A stretch of 64,000 nt of DNA, from positions 20,956,001-21,020,000 of the forward strand of contig NC_042998.1 in the NCBI RefSeq assembly GCF_006345805.1, written 5' to 3'. Each line of letters starts with the position of its first letter. The first letter of the stretch is position 1. A program made the position numbers and the translations under genes. Below the pieces are notes generated by a model. That model saw only the letters and a program-made list of their open reading frames with translations, ran no database searches and had not been told where the DNA came from. Source of the DNA: Octopus sinensis (Eukaryota). Shown one piece after another: positions 1-12,479 of this stretch.

Positions 1-489
1 TCTCAGATTTGTTCTTCCCATCGCTGATGAAGTTTTATATGGCTCCTAAGCCCTCATAAGACCCAGAAAGTTATTCCATACCGACTACAAATTAACCTTC
101 CGGCAGCAACCTGCCATCTGGATATTGTGGCTTACAATATTGAGTGATTCCAGGGCCCGACTCTCACACATTCTGTAGCACAAGGTACCCAGATTCATGC
201 TAAGCATCACTGTGATAGACGTAGGTGCCTCCCTGTCAACTCTTGGCGCTGAGTAGGCCTGCCTTGCTCTCAGGGATTACGTCTAGAATGGGAATATATA
301 CGGCATGGAAACCGCGAAACCGGCCATGTGAGCCTTATATGACTTTTGAAGGAATATATATATACATTTCGTACGTGGTTGGCATCGGAATGTGTTTATT
401 CAAGCCAAATGTGAAATTTGAAAGGTTCACACTAATGCAAAGAAACGGGAAAGGAGAGAAAAGAAAGAAAAGGAAAAATACAGTAAAAT

Positions 490-790
490 GAGAAAGGTGC
501 GGATGGGTAACGCAGCTGAAGATGGAGTTGGGGTGATGTGCTACATTTCCCAGAACAAGAGGTGTTCTCAGCTGCGCATTGCGGTAATGACTGTGATGGC
601 GTTGTTGCAAGTAGACGCGACCACTCTGGTCACGAGAAAGACTGTGTCGTGCTCTTCTCAGGGAGAGGGTTCACATCTTCCGTGCGTTTACCGACAATTT
701 TAAATCTCAGTGTATGCAACTCTGTTTCTAGCGAATTCTTTGACGCCAGAAGCAATCAAATTCTACCACAGCTCTTTGTCTGAAGGAAGA
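490..790 (-). mobile_element. Degenerate RTE-like LINE 3' coding fragment
   Basis: The minus strand reads LW*NLIASGVKEFARNRVAYTEI, followed by a decayed C2H2-like segment. This resembles the RTE C-terminus at 49590-50150. Confidence 0.4.
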
Positions 791-894
791 TCTCATGTAC
801 GTGATGCGAGAGAAGTGCAGTATGTGAAAATGACGAGTATCGAATCAATAATTGTTTAATTGATTGATTGATTAATTCATTAATTGATCGACAC

Positions 895-1013
895 AAGGTA
901 AAATTTCTACCTGCTTTTGTGGGCAAGTTGATACAGGTAGTTTATCTCGTCCCCCACCCGACTTTCAATTCATGCAATTGAAAAGGCTACATTATTTATG
1001 GGATGACTCAATA
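895..1013. mobile_element. Solo terminal fragment of the mariner family seen at 20895-22344
   Basis: Matches 22228-22344, including the TIR CATTATTTATGGGATGACTCAATA. Confidence 0.7.
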
Positions 1014-1045
1014 TAAATAAATATATATATATATATATTATATAT

Positions 1046-1082
<37 letters not shown>

Positions 1083-1344
1083 CATACATACGTACATATA
1101 TACATATATATATATATATTGTGTGTGCGAGTGTGTGTGCGCGCACGCAAGCGTGTCGAACACTCATTTTCATTGTCCGACATTTACATCATCATCCCCA
1201 TCATCGTTTAATGTTCGCCTTGCATGCTGACATAGGTGGTGCGGTTTGACAGAAGCAGGCCAGTCAGAAATCTGCACCAGACTTCTGCGGCTGTTTTGGC
1301 TGGGTTTTTACAGCTGGATGCCTTTCATAACAGCAATTACGCAT

Positions 1345-1418
<74 letters not shown>

Positions 1419-1427
<9 letters not shown>

Positions 1428-1801
1428 TAAGAGAATGGTCACTATGTGGCTCATTCTAGCACTAGAAAATCCAAATTATAACGTCGGATGTAATCAATTG
1501 AACCACACGTGTATTTATCGTTATGGTAAAATCTGGCGTGTGATTGAGTGGATTTCATCCAGATAGTTTTGGCCGAGGAGCTACAAGTCGGTTTTTTGTA
1601 AGTAAAATTACATTTAATTCATTAATAGCGAAACAATTGTCCCAAAATAATCTGTATTTTTGTTATTTTTTATTTGCCCTGTTCGTGTGAGCTAACAATC
1701 GTACTGACTTTCATGTGAAACATGTATTTTTGTGGTTGAAACCTTTTGGATTTTCTAGTGCTAGAATGAGCCACATAGTGACCATTCTCTTATATTTATT
1801 T
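1419..1801. repeat. Perfect 57-bp inverted repeat (1419-1475 / 1745-1801) next to (TA)n
   Basis: AAATAAATATAAGAGAATGG...GAAAATCCAAA and its exact reverse complement. Confidence 0.9.
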
Positions 1802-1928
1802 TTGTATAAAATAATATTTTAATATATTATAAAATATTATAATAATCCAGGTTTCTCGAGGCACTGGGCCACTTGGTGTTGAATGGACATACTATTAAAT
1901 TAGTATCTAATTCTCTCACCCTTATTAA

Positions 1929-1976
<48 letters not shown>

Positions 1977-1984
1977 GCATATAT

Positions 1985-2173
1985 TCAAAGTGTGACCGCG
2001 TTGGCGATTTTTTTCCCTCTGTCTTCCCTTCTCTGGATCTTTCTTTCTCCTATGTTTCCGACGAAGAGCTCTGCTCGAAACGTTAAACCTCCTTCTTTCC
2101 TGAGCGTCCAATAATACTATATTTGTTCCACGTCCTCGCGTTGTTGTGTTTTTTTGAGCTTTCATGTTTGGAT

Positions 2174-2178
<5 letters not shown>
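1985..2178 (+). mobile_element. About 200-bp Penelope-like (pLTR-type) repeat carrying a hammerhead motif, flanked by (TA)n
   Basis: Near-identical to 31885-32095 (opposite strand) and contains a hammerhead core. The Penelope assignment is inferred from the known association of minimal hammerheads with PLE pLTRs. Confidence 0.65.
2054..2088 (+). ncRNA. Minimal type-I hammerhead ribozyme motif
   Basis: GTTT-CCGACGA-A-GAGC(TCT)GCTC-GAA-ACGT-T-AAAC. Stem I is GTTT/AAAC, stem II is 4 bp, stem III is palindromic ACGT, and the cleavage triplet is GUU. The core has C in place of U4. Confidence 0.65.
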
Positions 2179-2215
<37 letters not shown>

Positions 2216-2283
2216 ATAGATATATATACATATGTATATATATGTATATATATATATATGTATATAAATATATATATATATAT

Positions 2284-2317
<34 letters not shown>

Positions 2318-2392
2318 TGTATACACACATACATATGTGCATACATATATATATATATATTATATATATATATAATTATATATATATATAAT

Positions 2393-2440
<48 letters not shown>

Positions 2441-3428
2441 TATGTATGTATGTATGTATTGGAAAAATGTTGGATATCAATCTATCTATCTTCGGCTTTG
2501 GAAGACATTTTTTCGTGCTCCTGAAATAACAAAGAGGAATTCTTTAAATCAACGGAAAAAATCTACCAAAACTGATAAAAAGAAAACGTACTAGTTATTT
2601 CTTAACGGTCTGCAGTAATACATTCGTTAAAGAAGTTTAAAATATTACATAAAGTCAGCGACGCAAGACAGAGTTATCGTTGAAAAAACCACGCGGTGGT
2701 AAATTGTACTTTCAATAAGTGGCTATGTGTAAAAAGAAATCGTCTTCTCTTTGAAAGAAACTGCTTTGTACAACAACAATTGGAATTTTTACCTGTTGTA
2801 AATAAGTATCGTATGTATTTTGTTCATTTTGGTGTTACCAGATGGAAATTTGGGGTAGGAGCTATTGTTTACTCTTGTTTACAAACTGCTGTTTGAAAAA
2901 TTTAAGGCAGCAAATTCGTCGCGAAACCTTTTTTCCTCCCGCTATCGTTTTTCGTGTAATCTCTCACTCACTTACTGCGGCCGTTTTGTTCCTTACTCTC
3001 TCTTTTTCTCTTACTTCATATTTTCGTTACCTGCTCTTCCCCCTCTCTCTCTCTTTCTCTTTCATAACTTCGTCTTTTTCCCTTCTCTCTCTCATATATT
3101 CCTCATTTTCCCTCCTCTCCCCCTCACGATGTCTCTCCCTTTCCTTCATATATTCTTCATTTTCTCCCCCTCTCTCTTCATTCTAGCTCTCTCTTTCTCT
3201 TCCTATTCCTCTCCTCCCCTCTGTCTCTCTAATGCTCCACACCCTCTTTCTCTTTCCTCCATATCAACCTCTTTCTTTTTCTCTCCCTATCTCTTCATAG
3301 TCCTTTTTCTTTTTCTTTCATATATCCCTCTCTCTTTCCCTCTCCATCCCTCTGTCTCTCTTCCTCTTTACCTTCTCTGTCTCTTTCACTACCTCTCTAT
3401 CTTTCCCACCCCACTCTGGGCTTAGACA

Positions 3429-6400
3429 ATGAAGATGGCAAAAAAGTGTGAGAGTAAGGAACTGAAACTTCTGTTGCGAGCTTGGGTAATCGCTGGTGGT
3501 GATCCTCTAAACAACATCATTACTGCTGCACTGAAGAACAATGGTTTCTGTAGAATCATAGAGCAGATACAATGGAAAAATTTATCTGATCCTATGCCCT
3601 TATTAGACCAGACATTGACACTCTCGATGCCATCATGGAAAACAACTGTGGCAAGGCTGATGAGGATAGGGAAGATGAAGCAACAACCAGAAGTCCCTTT
3701 GATCCAGTGGTCCCACAGTAGAGTGGAGCCTCCACCCCTGTGGAAAACCAGGTGAATGTAAAGGGGGGAAAGACCATGAGCAAAAACAGAAAAGAAAAAG
3801 GAGAGGAAAGAAAAAGAAAAGGAAATGAAGAAACCACTAAAACTAAAACTGAAACCCAAAACCATCAAACAAAAAAAAAACGACCCAAATATGGAGGCTC
3901 CAATGGAATCCCAAACTCTAGAGGGGAGAAAAAATTTGGAGTACAGATGACAAGGATATGCAAATTTTACATGCAAGGCAAATGTTGGCATAGGGAAGAT
4001 AGTAGAAACTGCAGGTTTGCTCACCCAAGACCCCACCAAAACAGCAGGGACCTTAAGGAGAAATACTTCTCAGAGGAGGGGCACCAATTGTCTCCAAAGA
4101 GAAAGTATGCAGATGCAGTGCACTCTTCAAATGTTATGCAAAAGGCAGCAACTGAGCAAGTCTTTGTTGTGCATGGCACAAAAGATTGTGCAGCAGCTGA
4201 CCTGGCTACATCAAATGCAAACACAGAACCTTACCCAACACTTTATTTTACTAAATATTGGAGGCCTGTTGTATCACAACAACAAAAGCAAAATCTTTTT
4301 CCTGAGAAATCTTGCTGCATGCAGTCAAACCCTATGCATAGCATTCATGAAAACTCATCTTAGGCCTGATATAGAGGATGCAGAAGTGCACATACCAAAA
4401 TATATCATACTGCAAATGGACAAAAGGGAAAGGAGCCATGGTGAAGCTGCTGTATACATCCGTGAGGACTTCATGCCCCAGGTCCTACTGTGATACTCAA
4501 ATTTAGTATGTGACACTCAAGTTTTATACATAAGACAACACAATATAGTCAAATGCAATACATATCGCACACAGGCAAGTTTGAAGATTGCTTTACAAGA
4601 ATAAAAGAAACCCTTATGAAACTGGAACATCACATGAGTGTGTTTCTTATGGGGGATTTCAACTTCCCCAGTGTCAAATGGCACGAGGGCCTCATGCTCT
4701 CAAGAAAGACTAATTGCAAACAAGTACAGGTGGAGTTCCTGCTCAACCCACCAATGTCCTATTCATGGAGCAAATTGTGCTCTGACCAACTAGGCTGAAT
4801 AATATATTGGATTTTTGCTTCACAAACAATATGGACATTGTTCATAATGTGAATGTGACGCTGACATTAGTTTTGGATCACAACATAATAGAGCTGTCTA
4901 TGTATGGACCAAAAGTAACCAGAGACATACAGCCTAAAGGAAGCACCCAAAATCTCTCCAATCTGAACTTCCACAAAGCAGACTAGAAATTGATTCAAAA
5001 AGAGATCATCAGACAGGACTAGCTGAAATGTCTCTCCACACCAGACATTGACATGAAACTAGAATATTTCATGTCTGTTATTCAAACCATATGCCAGAAA
5101 AATGTCCCATAGCACAAGGCCAACACAAAAAGGAACAAGATTCCAAGGGAGAGGAGGATCGTCATGAGATGGACAAAGGTTGCAAATCGCTTCAACCAAC
5201 ATCTCAAAAGAAGTGAAAGGTCCCACCTAAAAACAACACTGATGGAGATTGAAAAGAACCTACAGCAATCCTATATGAAGGAGAAAGCAGATAAAGAAGC
5301 CATCATCATCATCATCATTGTTCAACGTCCGTTTTCCGTGCTAGCACGGGTTGGACAGTTCGACCGGGGTCTGAGAAACCAGGGGCTGCACCAGGCTCCA
5401 GTCTGATCTGGCAGTGTTTCTACAGCTGGATGCCCTTCCTAACGCCAACCACTCCGCGAGTGTAAAAGCCAGGGTTATAAAAAACATCAAGTCAAACCCA
5501 GAGGCTTTTTTTCATTATGCTAAAGAAACAGCCCCAGTATGATGCAAAATAGGACCTCTTTTCCAGAAGGATGGCCTCCTCACAGATAACACAACCAGGA
5601 TCAGTGAGGTACTGAGTGACCAGTTTGACAGTGTCTTTACCACCCCGGTTGGAACACAGAAAAGGGAATGAACCAGTGGATTTCTTTGTCGCCTCACCAG
5701 CGAGGCAGTTGTGATGGATTACATCAGTGGTGAAGAAGACATAATACTAGCCATAGATGAGGTGGATGCAAACTCAGCCATTGGCCCCAATTGTTTCCCA
5801 GCAATCCTCCTCAAATCATGCAAATGTGCCCTGGCGAAACTACTACAGATTCTCTTCCAGAGTTTTCTTGCAAATGGCAAGCTACCAAGCAAACTGAAGG
5901 AGGGAATAATATGCCCTGTCCATAAGGGAGGAAGCAGAGCAGACGCCAAAAATTATAGGCTTATCTCTCTGACTTCACTCATTAGCAAAGTCATGGAATG
6001 AATAAACAGAGGGGAAACTAGTTGCATTCCCTGAAGAAAATGACTTGCTGTGTGATACTCAGCATGGTTTTCAACCAGGTAGGAGCTGCTTGAGCCAACT
6101 CCTACAGCACTATGACTGGGTGTTGAAGCAGTTACTCAACAGCTCAATTGTGGATGTAATATACCTTGACTTTGCAAAAGCTTTTGATAAAGTTGATCAA
6201 AACTGCAGTGCCCCAGTATGGCCACAGCTTTCAGCTGTAACTGATATATATATATATGACTGGTGCAGCCTTCTGGCTCGCCAGCCCTCAATCAAACAAT
6301 CCAACCCATGCCAGCATGGAGAGCAGACGTTAAATGACGATGACGACGATGATGATGATATATATATATATATATATATATAAACATACATATATACAAA

Positions 6401-6860
6401 CATATATAGATCAAACATTTTCTAAAATATATTTCTGTGCCTTTTCCAAGTTTATTTTCATTTTTTTAATGGGACCGCCTTAAAGCCTTGAAACTCTACT
6501 CTCTCCAGCGTCGCCGTGAGCGGTACATCATTTGTACGATGTGGAGAATATACCGTCAACTTTGCCCAAACAACCTGAACATTAGCTTCAAGGTTCATCC
6601 AAGACTGGGACCACGGGCCATACGTCCCCTGCCCAATTGAAGATCACAGCATATATGTACACTGCAACATAATTTCTTTTCCTCAACAAGCCCTGCCCTA
6701 TTTAACATTGTCCCGAGGGAGATCAAAGAGGAAAAGGATCCCATCAACTTTAAACGGAGTCTGGATAGATTCCTTCAAGGAATACCAGATAAGCCACCCA
6801 TAATTGGATACAACTCACCCAACAAAAACTCACTACTTGAATGGACCATAAACACACCAC
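3429..6860 (+). mobile_element. Degenerate CR1-group (Jockey superfamily) LINE: ORF1 with CCCH finger, APE endonuclease, partial RT, 3' end
   Basis: ORF1 contains CKFYMQGKCWHREDSRNCRFAH. The EN shows MGDFNFP. The RT shows SAIGPNCFPAILLK, NYRLISLTSLISKVME, QHGFQPGRSCLSQLL and DVIYLDFAKAFDKV. The terminal segment reads IPDKPPIIGYNSPNKNSLLEW. There are many stops and frameshifts, a SINE insertion near 5300-5465, and the downstream half of the RT is missing. Confidence 0.9.
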
Positions 6861-7134
6861 CATCAGTTGTCAAGCAATGGTAGTGGCGGGACAAACACAG
6901 ACACATAAACATATACAAACACACACACACATATATATATATATATACATATATACAATGGGCTTCTGTCTACCAAATCCACTCACAAGGCTTTGGTCGG
7001 CCTGAGGTTATAGCAGAAGATACTTGCCAAAGGTGCCACACAGTGGGACTGAACCTGGAACCATGTGGTTGGTAAGCTAGCTACTTACCACACAGATATA
7101 TATATATATATATATATATAATTATATATATTTT

Positions 7135-7460
7135 TTTTCTCTCTAGTTTCAGCTCAGAGCTGTGGCCAAGCTGATGCACCACCATTTTGCTACTCTGTTA
7201 TTACTAAGAGCCTCCTCTAATATGTGGCACTTGGTGAAGCATGGAGTTTGATATAGCTACCCTCATTTGTACCTCTTGCCATGAGGTAGGTTCATCTGGG
7301 ACTCTCGAGAGGAAGAGGTCCAGCTTTGATTTAAAAGCCCCTACATCTACTTTGTGCAAGTTCCTCAGACTCTTTGGGAGAATATTAAAAAGCTGTGAGC
7401 CCTTGAAACCCAGGCTTTTGCAGTAACTGGTCCTGAAGAGTGATGGCATTCCTGGGACCA
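7135..7460 (-). mobile_element. CR1-group LINE 3' fragment
   Basis: GSQLFNILPKSLRNL...FKSKLDLFLSRVPDEP. Confidence 0.8.
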
Positions 7461-7532
<72 letters not shown>

Positions 7533-7877
7533 TTAAAAAATAAAATAAAGATGGGAAAAGCACAGAAATATATTTTAGAAAATGCTTGATAAAATATAAC
7601 TGGTTTTGATGTATCCATCTTATCAAATATCAGAATGAATTTTAGATGGGGAGTCAGAGAGAAAAAATATTTTTGGTGGGTTTAACAGTTTGGACCCATA
7701 TTTGGGTTGTGAATGAAATATTGCTTTAGCCATTCTCTCTAATAAATGCTTTGTTTTTGTAGGTTTGGAGAGGGGGTTCATGAGTTCAAGTGTCAGGAAG
7801 TCATTTGGATTCAAATGGAAGCTTATTATCTATGGTTTAGCCAGCTGTATGTATGTGTATGTGTGTGTGTATCTCTT

Positions 7878-8280
7878 TCTCTTTTACTTGTTTCAGTCAT
7901 TTGACTGCGGCCATGCTGGAGCACCGCCTTTAATCGAGCAACTCGACCACCGGGACTTATTCTTTTGTAAGCCCAGTACTTATTCTATCGGTCTCTTTTG
8001 CCGAACCGCTAAGTAACGGAGACATAAACACACCAGCATCGGTTGTCAAGCAATGCTAGGGGGACAAACAGAGACACACAAACACACGCACACATATATA
8101 TATATATACATATATACGACGGGCTTCTTTCAGTTTCCGTCTACCAAATCCACTCACAAGGCTTTGGTCGGCCCAAGGCTATAGTAGAAGACACTTGCCC
8201 AAGGTGCCACATAGTGGGACTGAACCCGAAACCATGTGGTTGGTAAACAAGCTACTTACCACACAGCCACTCCTGCGCCT
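7878..8280 (-). mobile_element. SINE family B (GGAGTGGCTGTGTGGTAAG head, internal TA/TG microsatellite), full length
   Basis: Other copies lie at about 6860-7095(-), 8650-9030(+), 22910-23065(-), 23965-24330(-) and 41160-41298(-). Confidence 0.88.
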
Positions 8281-8507
8281 GTTTGAGATATATGGTCAAA
8301 GTATTTTTCTTTTTATTTTATTTTCTATTGAGTGGTTGTGGTCAATAGTTCTTACCAGCTGTGTGTGTGTGTGTGTTGTTTTGTCTGTGTGAGTGTGTAT
8401 GTATGTGTGTGTCTATGCATGTCTGTTGTTTTTGTTTTTTGGAAATATGTTTCGTATATTATTCTGGCTGTGCATATGTGTATGCGTTTTTGATTTTTTG
8501 GTGAATG

Positions 8508-8556
<49 letters not shown>

Positions 8557-9043
8557 TTATGTATGTATGTATTGGCAAAAACATTGGATATCTATCTATC
8601 TATCTATCTATCTACCATCTATCTATTATTTATCTCTTGTTTAGATGTATCAAGTGTGGCTCTGTGGTAAGGAGCTTGCTTTCCAACCACATGGTTATGG
8701 TTCAGTCCCACTGTTTGGCACTTTGGTCTAATGTCTTCTACTATAGCCTTGGGCCGATCAAAGCCTTGTGAGTGGATTTGGTAGACGGAAACTGAAAGAA
8801 GCCCGTCGTACATATCTATATGTATGTATGTATATATAGTATGCCCTTGTGTTTGTTGTCCCGTCCCCATCGCCTGACAACCAACGTTGGTGTGTTTACG
8901 TACCCGTAACTTAGTGGTTCGGCAAAGATACTGATAGAGAAAGTACTAGGCTTACAAAGAGTAAGTCTTGGGGTCGATTGCTTCTACTAAAGACCCTTTA
9001 AGGCAGTGCTCCATCATGGATGCAGTCATTTTTTAAACGGTCG

Positions 9044-9740
9044 ATTTCTTCTTTAAGACGGTAGGTATGATCTGACGAAGATTTCGCTGCTATTTCTAGC
9101 AGACGGAGCGACAGCACAGAATGTTCGCGTAATGTACCTATTTGTAATAAGAGCATTTTGGCACAGACATTTTTAATATATTCATATTAGTAATTTAATT
9201 ATCGCCATGGTCCATTTCTTCTTTAAGACGGTAGGTATGATCTGACGAAGATTTCACTGCTATTTAGCAGACGGAGCGACAGCACAGAATGTTCGCGTAA
9301 TGTACCTATTTGTAATAAGAGCATTTTGGCACAGACATATTTATTAATATATTCATATTTAGTATATTTAATTATCGCCATGGTCCATTTCTTCTTTAAG
9401 ACGGTAGGTATGATCTGACGAAGATTTCGCTGCTATTTCTAGCAGACGGAGCGACAGCACAGAATGTTCGCGTAATGTACCTATTTGTAATAAGAGCATT
9501 TTGGCACAGACATATTTATTAATATATTCATATTTAGTATATTTAATTATCGCCATGGTCCATTTCTTCTTTAAGACGGTAGGTATGATCTGACGAAGAT
9601 TTCACTGCTATTTCTAGCAGACGGAGCGACAGCACAGAATGTTCGCGTAATGTACCTATCCCCATTTTGTGATATGAGCATTTTGGCACAGACATATTTA
9701 TTGATATATTTATATTTAGTATATTTAATTATCGCCATTT
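9044..9740. repeat. Tandem repeat, 4 copies of about 170-175 bp
   Basis: Units start at 9044, 9214, 9387 and 9562. The first half of the unit matches a dispersed family (TTTAAGACGGTAGG...GCTATTTCTAGCAG) also seen near 34270, 53550 and 56590. Confidence 0.9.
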
Positions 9741-10559
9741 GTTTGATTTCGAACATACAAATATTTGTTTTAGTCAATTTCTTTTTTGGCTAGGGTGTTA
9801 TTTGTCGTTCGTTATTGAAGAACTACTTTATATAGACGTCGTGTGACACGTCCTTGACATTTTATCGTGTTGTTAACATTTCTCTTAATCTTTTCCCTGC
9901 AATAAAGGAGGTCACTGCTTAGGACTAGCAATGATCGTTGCCAGTACTGACTGACTTGCTGATTTTCAACTGCTACTGACTTAGAAAAGCATTATGACAG
10001 GGCGAGCACATAGTGCGGAAGTAGATATAATAATATCTAGCCTACTACAACATACATTGGTTACAACAGTCAGTCGTTGATAAAATGTAGATGAGTGATA
10101 AAGAGAGAGAGAGGGGGGTTAGAGATAAGACATAGAGAGAACATAAATAAGGAGGATATGATAAAGAGTGAAAGAAGAGTAAGTAGAGAGCAGAGAGGAA
10201 GGGTAAATTAGAAAGGGGGATATTTGAATGGGAGAGAAAGGAAGAGGGATTTACCGAGGTCGTAGTTTACTGTTTCCTCCCCTATCTCACATAATCGCTG
10301 TAACTTATTTAAGTATTAGGAATTATCATAAGAGTTGAGTGAAGGGGAGGTGCTGAGAGAGAAGCAAAATTTGGAGATAAAAGAGAGAGAGAGAGAAAGA
10401 TGGAAAAAGAACGAATACGTGAAAGAGATTGATTCAAGAAAGAAAAGGAAGAGAGAGAAAAATAAAGGTATGAAATGTTAAAGTAATACGACAGAGACTG
10501 AAGAGAGGGATAGAAAAAGAAAGATAAGGGAGAGAAGGAGAGGAAGCCCACACATAGTG

Positions 10560-10770
10560 TTACGGAAATTGTTGGAAAAGAAAGTGGCCGATGAAAATCG
10601 AAAGGCTTATTTATGCACTAAATCCATCCCACTAAAAATTGTTTATTCAAAAGACGGGTATTATGCTGGACAAGGTTGGTACAGTACAAGAATAGAGAAG
10701 AGAAGAAACTGTCATTAGAAAGAGAAGCAAACTTATGACCTGTCCTGAACTCAAAATCAGCGAAGTGAGT
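10560..10770 (+). promoter_or_regulatory. Candidate upstream non-coding exon / 5' region of the Myb/SANT-like gene
   Basis: Consensus donor GAA|GTGAGT at 10765. The coding exon begins at an acceptor, so an upstream exon is required. The surrounding 9.8-12.4 kb region is nearly free of SINE/LINE insertions. The exon start is not defined. Confidence 0.35.
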
Positions 10771-12058
10771 CATCCATGTTTTGTCATCTACAGCAAACTC
10801 TCTTTACAGACAAGTCAGATATTATAGCTTTAACTGCTGCTACTGTTCTAGTGACATCGTTACTACTACTAATATAAGTCTTTACTAATTTACCGAGGAA
10901 AAATGATCGAGACATCTAGGACGAACTAAATCTATTATATTCGTATAAATTATTTGTTTGTAATATCTTATGTCTACGTAAACTCTTATGAGCTTAGCAT
11001 TTTTATACTTGTCATATGTAACGAGCATGCATAGATGTATACAGATTTGTGAATAGTTTGTACATTGGGATATTGTTTAATATCTGTATGTAGCTTAATT
11101 TGAAAATTAGAGAAAGAAATTTCTTCCTCACATCTATTTTTTTAATCGTAAGTTTATTTTTTATGAAGAATAACGATTTATGACTCATAGGGTTTTATTT
11201 GTTACTACCGACATCATCGTTCTAAGATTACTACGCTATTTTCTAACTGTCTTTTGAACGAACTAGGAGGAATAGAAAGAGAAAGAAGAGAACGAGTGTT
11301 TGTGAGTGAGAGGGAGAAATTGTATAAACAAGAAACCTCTTGGCTTAAATTCGTAATTTACGACTGATTTTAACAGATAAGAAAAATACAGAAAGAAAAA
11401 AGAAAACAAAGGCGGTTAGAAAAACCAACATATCAACCTCGTAGTTTGGGACTATATTTCTACGCTTTTACATATTTTGTGATCTTGTTTGTGAATATCT
11501 GACGTCTGATAAAACCAATTCCTTTTGTAATTTCCATTATAACGATGCATCGAAAATATGTATATAGCAAAAATTATGCTAGTGTAAACTAACGATCTGA
11601 TAATTTCTTTCCCAACAAAATTATTTGATTCATTAAATTTACTATTTTTCTTTTTAAATTACAATTCTTTCAATATAATAATTCTAGGTAGGGTTCTTAT
11701 TTCAGACACTGAATTATCTTTAAGAGACAAGAATAAAAGCGAACAAGCAGCTTTAGTTATTATACTACCAATAAATAAATGTTGAGATATTCTGCAGGAG
11801 AGAATTAGAGGAATAAGTTAGTTATAAGACAGCTATTGATATCACTGACAGTCAAACAGAGTTATGTTCTATGTAAAGATTTTCGACTTCCGTCATGCCT
11901 CATACCTAATTCTGTTATGATTACGATTTGTCATTCTTAAAACAGGCAGCGATATAATTCTACTCGCACACTCGCCTTCTGTTTGTTGTGATCGCCAAGG
12001 TTTGTTTGTGAGTGAGGTAACATAAAGCACTATTTGATCAGTTACATTTTCACTTTCG

Positions 12059-12096
<38 letters not shown>

Positions 12097-12479
12097 TTAA
12101 AACTTAGATATGTTTCAACCAAAGATTGGTCCAGGCCATGTCTAACTTAATAGCACCCCCTAAAAGGATTATTCACAATCACAAACACACGCGCGCATTT
12201 AATAGTCAGATATAACATAAGAAAACAAACACAAAACACTAATTTTAACACACATTTTAGTTTATATATTCTGGAAAAGTGACCTTTGCGGGAAGAAAAG
12301 GAGAAAAACCGGGTGCCCCAACATAGTTGTGATTCCTAGGTAAAGAGCCCCAGGTTTCTTTTAGGAAAATACATTCTTCTTATTGTGTAGAATTATAAGA
12401 AATAAGCATAAAAGAAGGTAATTTTTTTTTATCTATGATTATTTCATAATTTTCATTCCCTAAATAAAACTTTGTTAGA

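Noticed and set aside
9068-9090. CTGACGA hammerhead core in the 173-bp repeat
   Set aside because: No stem II or GAAA follows.
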